DNA from: a virus
Lineage: Duplodnaviria > Caudoviricetes
Virus record (IMG/VR): IMGVR_UViG_3300033074_001347
Coordinates: 1-64,000 of that record
Reading direction: 5' to 3' (one strand)
DNA: 64,000 nt
The translations under genes were made by a program, and so were the position numbers. The notes under the pieces were generated by a model, which was not told the DNA's origin, did not search any database, and saw only the letters and a program-made list of their open reading frames with translations. Positions 9,155 through 17,451 of the stretch are shown piece after piece. Position 1 is the first letter of the stretch. Each line of letters starts with the position of its first letter.

Positions 9155-10138
9155 CTATTCTTTATCTTCCGGCAAGTCTTTCAATGTAGTTCTCATAGCC
9201 TTTTTCACTTCTATAGGTAGTTTCACAGAAGTCGCAGGGGCCATATAATAAGCAAAAGCCTCAGCAAAAAACTCGTACACACTAGTAGACGCATAATCTG
9301 TTATTACTGGCTTAGCGTCCCCCCATGCTAGTGTACCCATATATTTTTTCCATCTATCGGCCTTAAAGTTGCCTGTGTCTAGTAAGTCATTTATGTTGTC
9401 GGTTGTTAAACTACTTACTTCTAGTAAGTGGGATATGAAAAACTTAGCGTAATTATTTTCGTCGTTTTCCTCTGACAAAAAGTCTTTAATTGAAGAATAT
9501 TTTTCTAGCTTTTTAAGATAACGGTGTATATTATTCTTCTTTACCTTATTATGATCTACGTATTTAGTATACAGCTGTATCCATTCTGCCATTTTATCAA
9601 TACTTAAATGCCTATACCATATGTGGTGCCCAAATTCATGAGCAATTAGGTACATACCAGTGTCCATAAGGTTATCAGGGTGTAGTAACATATTGTCATA
9701 CTCATCAGCAGTGTAGTGGTACATACCATCCCATCTACCACCTGCGGGTAGAATCTCTATGTTTATAAGACCTATCTGAGAATCAATTCCTTCTTTGCTA
9801 GCAATACCAGCCCATCGCTTTAACAGACTATTAATATGCTCTTTTTCTTTATCTGTAGCTTTTCTCTTCCATGTAATGCCTCTATAAGGATTAAGGCTCT
9901 TTTGTGAATAAGTAGGTGCCACCTTTATACCATAAACATTTCCGTACTCTGGATTCTTACCTAAATTTGCAAGTACTTCACTATCCTCAAATGATAGTGA
10001 ATCAGGATTTTTTATAGTATTTTCATTTTCTATAATGCCTACGTTCTTTTTATTATTACTAACCCTTATTAGTTTTTTTGAGTACTTACCGTCAACATCC
10101 TGACCGATTATTAGATAATCACCTATCTTGAAGCCCAT
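9155..10138 (-). CDS. zinc metallopeptidase (gluzincin; anthrax lethal factor/M34-like motifs)
   Basis: HEFGH zinc motif plus downstream DYASTSVYEFFAEAF third-ligand motif. Confidence 0.75.
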   Translation of the reverse strand: MGFKIGDYLIIGQDVDGKYSKKLIRVSNNKKNVGIIENENTIKNPDSLSFEDSEVLANLGKNPEYGNVYGIKVAPTYSQKSLNPYRGITWKRKATDKEKEHINSLLKRWAGIASKEGIDSQIGLINIEILPAGGRWDGMYHYTADEYDNMLLHPDNLMDTGMYLIAHEFGHHIWYRHLSIDKMAEWIQLYTKYVDHNKVKKNNIHRYLKKLEKYSSIKDFLSEENDENNYAKFFISHLLEVSSLTTDNINDLLDTGNFKADRWKKYMGTLAWGDAKPVITDYASTSVYEFFAEAFAYYMAPATSVKLPIEVKKAMRTTLKDLPEDKE

Positions 10139-10177
10139 GATATACCTTTATTTATTGGTTTAAATAACTTTACCAAG

Positions 10178-10585
10178 TTATAAGCCTCTTCTTTTTATCA
10201 ATACCAGGGCCCTAAAAATGTGTTTACAACCACCAGGTATCATGAAGGGGTTTTTCTCAACGGGACGGTCACCATTACTTCTAAATATTCGTGCTAGCCC
10301 CGCCTTCTCCAATGCAACTTCCCACGTAAATTTAAAATCATCGCATGAACAATCCACAATTATATTTTTTGACCTAGATACTCTATCACCATCATATTCA
10401 ATAGTAACAATATGATTATGTGTAGCTCTGTTTTTAGCGTGAGAGCTAACGCTTATTATTAATTTTCTTATATTTCTGATTCTATCAAACTTCTTCTTTA
10501 TAGTGCCTATCCTAACTTCGGATTGGGCTTTTTTACGCCTATCAAATGGGGTTTTCCTAATGATTCTATCAAGCGGGCTTAGCAT
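10178..10585 (-). CDS. SWIM zinc-finger protein
   Basis: DCSCDDF...GGCKHI (CxC...CxH) signature. Confidence 0.75.
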   Translation of the reverse strand: MLSPLDRIIRKTPFDRRKKAQSEVRIGTIKKKFDRIRNIRKLIISVSSHAKNRATHNHIVTIEYDGDRVSRSKNIIVDCSCDDFKFTWEVALEKAGLARIFRSNGDRPVEKNPFMIPGGCKHIFRALVLIKRRGL

Positions 10586-12320
10586 CTTTGATCCTTCTCT
10601 TTAGTTTGGATTTCTTAATTCTATTAGAGGCCACCTTATTATACATAGAACCTCCTTTCTTCTTAGAAGCGTCTTTTGATTTTTTACCACTCAGGTGTTT
10701 GTTTCCCTCATGATCCTCGTAGGAAGTAATAATTTTATTTGCTACCTTTAATAGATTTGAACGTCTTTCCTGCGAGTCGTCCATATCCAAGGATCTATCA
10801 TTACCTTCAAGGTCAAAATACTTAACATCCTCCCCGTCTGTTTTATAGTGGGCACCTATTTGTTCTATACCTAGTTCTTCTGAAACATCGTCTATCAGTT
10901 CTCTTGAACCTATAAACTCTTTTTTCTTTAGAATGCTAAAGCTTGAGTTTTCTCCAGAATGATCTTTTGCTATTTTATATCGTTGTTCGTCAGACGCCTT
11001 ATCCTTTAGCCTGGATATAAAATCCATAATACCTTTTACAGATTTCTTTGCGTTGTGATTACCTAATTGACCTTCAATTTGAACAGAACCCCCATTAAAA
11101 CTCATAGGTACGGGAGCACTAGAAATCATCAACTCTGAGAATTGTGTGTCTGTTAGTGTATGTGCATAGTAATTCATCATACTAGCATAACGATTTATTT
11201 CGTACATATTATGTATCATTAACAAATAGGTTGTCACTGCCCCTGGCAATATAGAAAATATATCCATGTATTTAATAGTCTGACAAACGGGGCATGAACA
11301 AGGAAGGTGCTTAAATGGGTTTGGCCTACTACAGCTAGGATTTTCCATTCCTATAATCATACGTTCTGGAGGCCTATTAGGCATACGCTGATGGTGATAC
11401 ATGCGCGTTCTTGCACTTTGTATGTGAGTTGAACTATCAAAAGATAGTGCATTAGGAATAAGCCCATCAGCAGAGGCCTTTATAAGAAATGGCATAATAC
11501 CCAAGTTATATACCCCTAACATATGGTATAGTTTATAGGGCCGGTCAATACCCCAAATAATACCTAGTACTCTAGCCAAAGTGGATAATATATCTCCGTG
11601 ATATACGTCTGCTACACATAGCAAATCAATATCGGGATGTTCTACTTTCTTATGGAAGTCTACCTGCTGGTCTATTGTTGACCCGTGTATTACATTTAGT
11701 AATTGTACATGCGGAGCTTTAACTTCAAGCATACGCCGTAGATTATCTTTTTGTATAAGAGCCGTTCTATCCAAAAGTTCCTTGTTATCAACTAGGATAG
11801 GCAGGTCAAGGGCTACACCATAATCAGTATTTGTATTATACCATTCTGTTAGTTTAACGGGATCAATATAGTCTATTCGCCCACTCATCAGTTGGAACCC
11901 ACCAGAGTCGGCCATATATCTAACTCCGTTTGGTCTAAATCCCTCTTTACGGTGATGTAGACAAAGATCCTTTCTTTGTAAATGCTGAGGATAATTCGTC
12001 ATCACGTTTTCTATACCCATGTCCCTCATACATTCATGAAAGGGGCTTAGTATAATTGCCTCATCATAATTTTCGTCTAATGGTCTGTAGGATCCAACGG
12101 TATGCGCTCCGTTAACAAATACTAGTTCCCTATCAGGGGTGTCAATCCATACATAGGAATTACTATTAGTCCTTATGGTAATCCTAGGATTATCCATCAT
12201 AGCATGGTACCTAACGTATATAGTTATGCCTCCATGTGTAGGCGCGTAGGCTGCTGATGGTATCCAAGTAGACTTGGTGTGACCCTTATCTAAGTCATAG
12301 ATGTGACCATTATTTCTCAT
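10569..12320 (-). CDS. tRNA-guanine transglycosylase-superfamily enzyme (DpdA-like 7-deazaguanine inserter)
   Basis: MADSGGFQ, VALDLP, NVIHG, YHMLGV, SFDSS and Zn site CSCPVC...IHN; adjacent to folE. Confidence 0.85.
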   Translation of the reverse strand: MRNNGHIYDLDKGHTKSTWIPSAAYAPTHGGITIYVRYHAMMDNPRITIRTNSNSYVWIDTPDRELVFVNGAHTVGSYRPLDENYDEAIILSPFHECMRDMGIENVMTNYPQHLQRKDLCLHHRKEGFRPNGVRYMADSGGFQLMSGRIDYIDPVKLTEWYNTNTDYGVALDLPILVDNKELLDRTALIQKDNLRRMLEVKAPHVQLLNVIHGSTIDQQVDFHKKVEHPDIDLLCVADVYHGDILSTLARVLGIIWGIDRPYKLYHMLGVYNLGIMPFLIKASADGLIPNALSFDSSTHIQSARTRMYHHQRMPNRPPERMIIGMENPSCSRPNPFKHLPCSCPVCQTIKYMDIFSILPGAVTTYLLMIHNMYEINRYASMMNYYAHTLTDTQFSELMISSAPVPMSFNGGSVQIEGQLGNHNAKKSVKGIMDFISRLKDKASDEQRYKIAKDHSGENSSFSILKKKEFIGSRELIDDVSEELGIEQIGAHYKTDGEDVKYFDLEGNDRSLDMDDSQERRSNLLKVANKIITSYEDHEGNKHLSGKKSKDASKKKGGSMYNKVASNRIKKSKLKRRIKDAKPA

Positions 12321-12338
12321 TATGTACCTATCTTATTA

Positions 12339-13130
12339 TTAGTATCTATAAAGCTTTTCCAACTCTGACGACCTATTAAGAAATTCATTCCTAACACTCA
12401 TATCATCCCTAAATATACCTAATAGTGAGCTAGTAGTTGTGTAGCAATTAGGCTCTTGTACACCCCTATGAGACATACAATGGTGTTTAGCATTAATAAT
12501 AACCCCGATTCCTATAGGGTTAAGTATTTCAAATAACTTTGAAGATAGTTGTTGTGTTAGTTCCTCTTGTATTTGCCCTCTTCTAGAGTAATGTTTTATT
12601 ATCCTGCTAAATTTAGATAATCCTATCAGATTAGAATCCTTACCATACAAAACACCAACGATAGCATAACCTGTTATTTCTCTATGGTGATGGCTGCACA
12701 TAGATTTTATATCTATGGGGCCTTGTACAAGCATCTGGTCGTACTTTTTATCGTTTGGGAATTTTGTTAGCTTATCAAAATCAAATTTGGTATACCTACC
12801 AGACCACATATCCCTTAAATATGACTTCGCAACACGATAGGGTGTATCGTTACTGTTCGGGTCATTTCTCCAATCTACTCCTAAAGCCTCTAGAAATTTT
12901 GAGTAATAGTAAGTTGCCTGCCTCTCCATCTCGTCTAGCTGGTCAGCTGTTACATCAACATCCTCATTTGCCGCAGTATTTTTCTTACGTATTAGAGGTA
13001 ATTTGTGTCCTAAAATAGGTCCACAAAATCTCTTTTCTATAGAATCAACTATTTTTACAGAGTGCGAATCCTCTATGGGAAGTTTATCATGGTCAAAACT
13101 GTCCTCATGTGTACTACAATCTTTGCACAT
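12339..13130 (-). CDS. folE: GTP cyclohydrolase I
   Basis: DTPYRVAK, SMCSHH, GLSKFSRI, QIQEELT, HHCMSHRGV, TSSLLGIF. Confidence 0.95.
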   Translation of the reverse strand: MCKDCSTHEDSFDHDKLPIEDSHSVKIVDSIEKRFCGPILGHKLPLIRKKNTAANEDVDVTADQLDEMERQATYYYSKFLEALGVDWRNDPNSNDTPYRVAKSYLRDMWSGRYTKFDFDKLTKFPNDKKYDQMLVQGPIDIKSMCSHHHREITGYAIVGVLYGKDSNLIGLSKFSRIIKHYSRRGQIQEELTQQLSSKLFEILNPIGIGVIINAKHHCMSHRGVQEPNCYTTTSSLLGIFRDDMSVRNEFLNRSSELEKLYRY

Positions 13131-13141
13131 TTGCGGTCTCC

Positions 13142-14152
13142 TTACTTTATTACCACTTTTATTAATTTATCAACTTCTTTATATATTTTACCACAAAAAC
13201 ATTTTTTATCCTTAGCAAAAGGGCACATTACCTCTTTACCGTCCTCAGACCATGCGCCTATATAGGGGTCATGCTGGCCATTATTGTAGTAGTCCTCTAT
13301 AGAAGAGCAAGGCTTATACCCTATCATATTTTTTATATGGCCACCCTTTATAGCACTCTCTAGGGCCCTTCTTCCCCTTAAAGCTAATAGCAGCTGCTTT
13401 TTTCTTATTGCTGCCATAGATTTTGTCCATTCATAAGCACATATCTTGTGCTGTAATACCTTACCAGAACCTATTTTATAAAAATAGGGTCCATCTCTTC
13501 CAATATAAATAATGCCATATCCTAGTACTTTTCTATCAGACCCTATCTTTTTTAAATGTTTTTGCATCATCCATGAGTAGGTTTGAGCCTGATGGTGGTG
13601 TTTAGCGTCTGGTAAATATAGACCTGTCTCCACCTTTTTGGAACCCTTAGACTTAAATTCAAATAGTATATATCCTTTTAGGCTTGGTATATATACAATA
13701 TAGTCACAATGCCCGGTTAATCCTTTCCAGTTAAATTGCGCTTCTACATATGAAAAGGATCTACTACCACATTTGCATACTTTAGGGCAAGGCTCTAACT
13801 CACCGATTATTTTTTTACACTTAGTGCATTCCCAACTACCTATTGGTATCCACTTTGTATCACCTTTGCTGTCCAAAGAGCTAAGGGCTTCTTGTATCAA
13901 TTCATGGATTGCAGTGCCTACCCTAAAGTAGAATGAACTTGGATAATCATCAAAAGGGCGTGCCTCCTTTTCCTTTGCTCTATTATATAGGTCCATGATG
14001 GGGCAATATGGCAGTGATGATACTCTGAAAGAGTTGTGTAGGTCTTCCCTAGGTAATTTTACGGTATCTAAACCCTTCATAATAGAACTAAACACCTTTA
14101 GTAAGGTGGCGTTCTCATAATGATTGGTAATGATTGATTTTTGTTTTTTCAT
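13142..14152 (-). CDS. Cas4/AddB-like PD-(D/E)XK exonuclease with Zn-ribbon insertion
   Basis: SSLPYCP, GTAIHE, GHCD...EFKS, QAQTY, C-terminal Cys cluster; inserted CTKC...CPKVCKC. Confidence 0.75.
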   Translation of the reverse strand: MKKQKSIITNHYENATLLKVFSSIMKGLDTVKLPREDLHNSFRVSSLPYCPIMDLYNRAKEKEARPFDDYPSSFYFRVGTAIHELIQEALSSLDSKGDTKWIPIGSWECTKCKKIIGELEPCPKVCKCGSRSFSYVEAQFNWKGLTGHCDYIVYIPSLKGYILFEFKSKGSKKVETGLYLPDAKHHHQAQTYSWMMQKHLKKIGSDRKVLGYGIIYIGRDGPYFYKIGSGKVLQHKICAYEWTKSMAAIRKKQLLLALRGRRALESAIKGGHIKNMIGYKPCSSIEDYYNNGQHDPYIGAWSEDGKEVMCPFAKDKKCFCGKIYKEVDKLIKVVIK

Positions 14153-14826
14153 AATATTTCTTCAAGAATGTGTTTTTGAACTGCCTTCCTCAGACCTTCT
14201 GCTCCTTCTACAGAGTGAAAATCTGTACCTTCGCCATTAGTGTAGTTTGAAGGCTTTGTATATACCCATTCCCTACTATCACCATCAAAGCTGAATTTTA
14301 GTCCATCCTTTATTCTGTGCAATCTAAATAGATATTTTTGCGCGTCATATAATTTACAATTAGGATCACATAGCCAATCTACTTCTACTTTAAATCCACT
14401 ATCACTTATTATAAAGTATATGGTATCAGGATTCTTGCTGATAGAACTAGAATCATCCCTGCTTGTTATACTCTCAATAACTTTTAGTGCCCTTCTAACG
14501 AATAGTTCAGCAAATATATGCTTTCCAAATATAAGCTTAGCAAACTTCTCTGAGATAGCTATCAAGGAATCTCTGCTTGTGAGACCGAAAAACTTGCCGT
14601 CAATTACACCTTTGCCTTCTTCTGTTTCAAAGTAATAGTCGTATTCTTGATCGTTCAAGTCAAATAAAGCAGCCAATGACCTCTTCATCGGCCCACTAAA
14701 TTTTTCCAACACAACTGCACAACCTTCTTTTAACAACAGGTTTTGTAAAATTTTAGCTACCGAATCCTTACCACTACTTTTAGGGCCGTTTAATAAAATT
14801 ATTTTGATCTTTGGCTTTTCAGACAT
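14149..14826 (-). CDS. deoxynucleoside monophosphate kinase (T4 gp1-like)
   Basis: P-loop LNGPKSSGKD, FSGPMK, RDSLIAISE, ISDSGF. Confidence 0.75.
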   Translation of the reverse strand: MSEKPKIKIILLNGPKSSGKDSVAKILQNLLLKEGCAVVLEKFSGPMKRSLAALFDLNDQEYDYYFETEEGKGVIDGKFFGLTSRDSLIAISEKFAKLIFGKHIFAELFVRRALKVIESITSRDDSSSISKNPDTIYFIISDSGFKVEVDWLCDPNCKLYDAQKYLFRLHRIKDGLKFSFDGDSREWVYTKPSNYTNGEGTDFHSVEGAEGLRKAVQKHILEEIL

Positions 14827-15055
14827 TAATATGCTCCTCTTTTTGAGGCTGATCTAAAGAATTAAACAACTTCCTAATTTGTTCTTCCCTACTTGTAATA
14901 TCATTTTTAAACCTAAATTCGGATTCGGGATAATAGTGCCTTGTTATAGCATCTAAGTTTATTAGATGTTCTACTTGGCTTAGCGTTACAAAATCACCCT
15001 TAAACATATATTTTTCGTTGTAATCAGCATCTACAATTTTGTAATACATTTTCAT
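14819..15055 (-). CDS. hypothetical protein (78 aa)
   Basis: ORF tiling the operon with RBS. Confidence 0.55.
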   Translation of the reverse strand: MKMYYKIVDADYNEKYMFKGDFVTLSQVEHLINLDAITRHYYPESEFRFKNDITSREEQIRKLFNSLDQPQKEEHINV

Positions 15056-15056
15056 C

Positions 15057-15287
15057 CTACTTATCCTCTACTTCCTCAGCAATAGAATTCTCTTCCTCAT
15101 TTGTTAGGTCAGACGGTTCATCTTCAAAGATGCTTCTGGTATCGTCAACTTGTACTTCTTCTAATTGGTTTTCATCAGGAGCAGCCGTGCCGTAATCATT
15201 AGCTGTCTCCTTCTCCAAGGTTTTTTCAGTAGGTGTACTAACTATTCCTACGTTAGCATCGCCTGTGATAATAATTTTTTTATCCAT
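15057..15287 (-). CDS. small acidic hypothetical protein (76 aa)
   Basis: AAGGA RBS; first gene of the leftward block. Confidence 0.6.
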   Translation of the reverse strand: MDKKIIITGDANVGIVSTPTEKTLEKETANDYGTAAPDENQLEEVQVDDTRSIFEDEPSDLTNEEENSIAEEVEDK

Positions 15288-15339
15288 AATTTTTTCCTTT
15301 CTACATTTAAGTTACTTTACTAAGTTTAGTATAAGACTG

Positions 15340-15760
15340 TAGAGCTACGATTGCCCGATTTTTATTTAATCAAAAAGTGTATACAATCGGGTCGCGGAAC
15401 CGAGCTCTAGCTCCGCTACGCTCTGCCATATTAAGATTATATATTCTATTGGGGAAGGATTTCCTTTTTATGACGCCAATGGCGTCATAAAAAGGTCGGC
15501 GGAGCCGACACTTTAATGTACGATAGCCTGTCTTATAAACCTGTATCTGATTTCCTATTTGACTCACTCCGCCTCTGGCTTCGTGAGTCTAGACTTCTAC
15601 CTTTGTTTTTTAACTGTTCTTCTAATTTGTTTCTAAATTAGTATATCAAGTTTAAAATGTCGGCTTCGCCGACTGTTTTATTTGGTTACTCATAACACTC
15701 AAAATGACTTCCGCTCTGCTCCAGTCATTTTTTCGGTTATTCGCTAACCAAATAAAACTT
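15340..15760. repeat. cluster of GC-rich inverted repeats/mini-hairpins in the divergent intergenic region
   Basis: 15-bp perfect stem 15463-15495; GTCGGC-GGA-GCCGAC 15495-15509; GACTCAC..GTGAGTC 15561-15589; GTCGGC-TTC-GCCGAC 15659-15673; nested stems 15675-15758. Confidence 0.85.
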
Positions 15761-16303
15761 TTAATTCCAATCACCGTTTCTGGTTTGCTTTAATGTGTTC
15801 TTCAAATAACGGCAAAACCATATCGTTCTAGTCTAACTTTTCAAAACCTCAAATAGCTAAAAGTTTTTCATCCTGACTTCGTAGCCAAACTAAATTAACC
15901 AAAATTAAATTTTTCTGGCCACTTTTTGGTAGTTTTTTAATCTAATGAAAATAAGCGTTTACTTACCACGATTTTTTGGCGGTTTTCCGCCACATTAACG
16001 GGATTAAATAGTGGAATTATATTTAACCCAACTTTTGCTTTCCCTTATATTCCAGGAGTTTACGTTAAAAAGTTAAAGTTGCTAAACCATTGATTTTGGC
16101 TATACATTTATTTTCATTGGCCGAAAAAACATCAAAAAACATCAGAAATGGACTTTCCTGTGCAGATTCAACAACTTAAATGGACTTTTGGCCATTTTCA
16201 AACCTTACAGGCACCTTACAACCCGTGTATACAATTCAAGAGTCGGTTTAAAATCCGTGGTCTAGGAATCTGGTAAAGTGCTATTTAACAGAAAGGTCAA
16301 AAT

Positions 16304-17425
16304 ATGGAAAATAATATTAAATCCAATACGTGGAGTGTAACTTACAGAGTACAAACCTTAGAGGATATAGTAGGCGCAGATAAGGCTGTAGCTACTTTAA
16401 GGGGTTACATTAAGAGTGGAAATATACCAAGCGCCATACTGTTAAGTGGGCCGAGTGGTTGTGGAAAAACTTCTATCGCAAGAATTTTTGCGCAAATGAT
16501 ACAGCAAGAAACCGATAGTATTGACTTATCAGTAAAGCCCGCAGACATTTACGAAAAGAATATGAGTGATGAGAGGGGAATTGACGACGCTCGTAGTCTT
16601 ATAGAAAAAATAAAAATGAAACCTATGAGTGGTAAGTATAAAGTATTTATATTAGACGAGGTACATGCCCTATTAAAGCAAACCGCTTCTGCTATGCTAA
16701 AGCCTCTAGAGGACGCTCCCGACCACGTATTTTGGATACTATGCACAGACCAGCCGGGATCCTTGTTAACAACAATCAGAAATCGCTGTCAGCAAATACA
16801 ATTAGACCCCCCCGGCGCTGAAGATATTTACAAATTACTTCGCAGGGTGGTTAAGCTGGAAAAAGTGAGACTTAATAAAGACCCAGAAGAGAATAAAGAG
16901 ATTCTAAAAAAACTATGTAAAATGGTTGCAGACAATAGCATAGGGCAACCCAGAGAGGCCATTCAAACCTTGCAGCAAAGCGTCAGCGCCATAATTGGTT
17001 CTGGTGAAAAGGTATCTGTAGACGGCTTAAAAGACCTTGTGTTAAAAACTAACTCAAGACTATTCTCAGATAACCCTATAATGCTACCAACAGATTTATC
17101 AATAGCGTTGTATAATGGAGACGTTGAGGGGCTCATAAAGAGAGCCGCAGGGGCAGAAACACTCAACGATGTTTTGAGAATGATGATTCTAAACGCACAC
17201 TTGTACTTGTGTGATACTAATGGAGGGAAGATCCAATATAATTGGTTCTATGGCAAATTTAAGTCTGGTGTGAAATCTCCTAGCATGGTGAAGGCTATCA
17301 TGATCTCCCTAGGATTAAACGACATACAGGTAAAACTCATGACGCTATACCAATCCAATCCCAACCCATTAATACTTGCAGAGTTGGCAAAGCTGGCCTA
17401 CAGAGTTAGGGAGCTGAAAAAGTAG
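16304..17425 (+). CDS. dnaX: DNA polymerase III gamma/tau-like clamp loader ATPase (gamma length)
   Basis: YRVQTLEDIVG, GPSGCGKTSIARI, KVFILDEVHAL, LLKPLE-like MLKPLEDAP, TIRNRC, GQPREA. Confidence 0.85.
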   Translation: MENNIKSNTWSVTYRVQTLEDIVGADKAVATLRGYIKSGNIPSAILLSGPSGCGKTSIARIFAQMIQQETDSIDLSVKPADIYEKNMSDERGIDDARSLIEKIKMKPMSGKYKVFILDEVHALLKQTASAMLKPLEDAPDHVFWILCTDQPGSLLTTIRNRCQQIQLDPPGAEDIYKLLRRVVKLEKVRLNKDPEENKEILKKLCKMVADNSIGQPREAIQTLQQSVSAIIGSGEKVSVDGLKDLVLKTNSRLFSDNPIMLPTDLSIALYNGDVEGLIKRAAGAETLNDVLRMMILNAHLYLCDTNGGKIQYNWFYGKFKSGVKSPSMVKAIMISLGLNDIQVKLMTLYQSNPNPLILAELAKLAYRVRELKK

Positions 17426-17451
17426 CACAACAAATTTCGTAAATAACGCTT

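Noticed and set aside
13142-14152. CRISPR-Cas locus
   Set aside because: Only a Cas4-like nuclease; no cas1/cas2 and no repeat-spacer array seen
15370-15567. 65-aa ORF in the divergent gap
   Set aside because: Runs through the hairpin cluster with no convincing RBS; probably incidental
15290-16300. tRNA genes in intergenic gaps
   Set aside because: No T-loop GTTCRA or cloverleaf found by eye; tRNAscan-SE would be decisive
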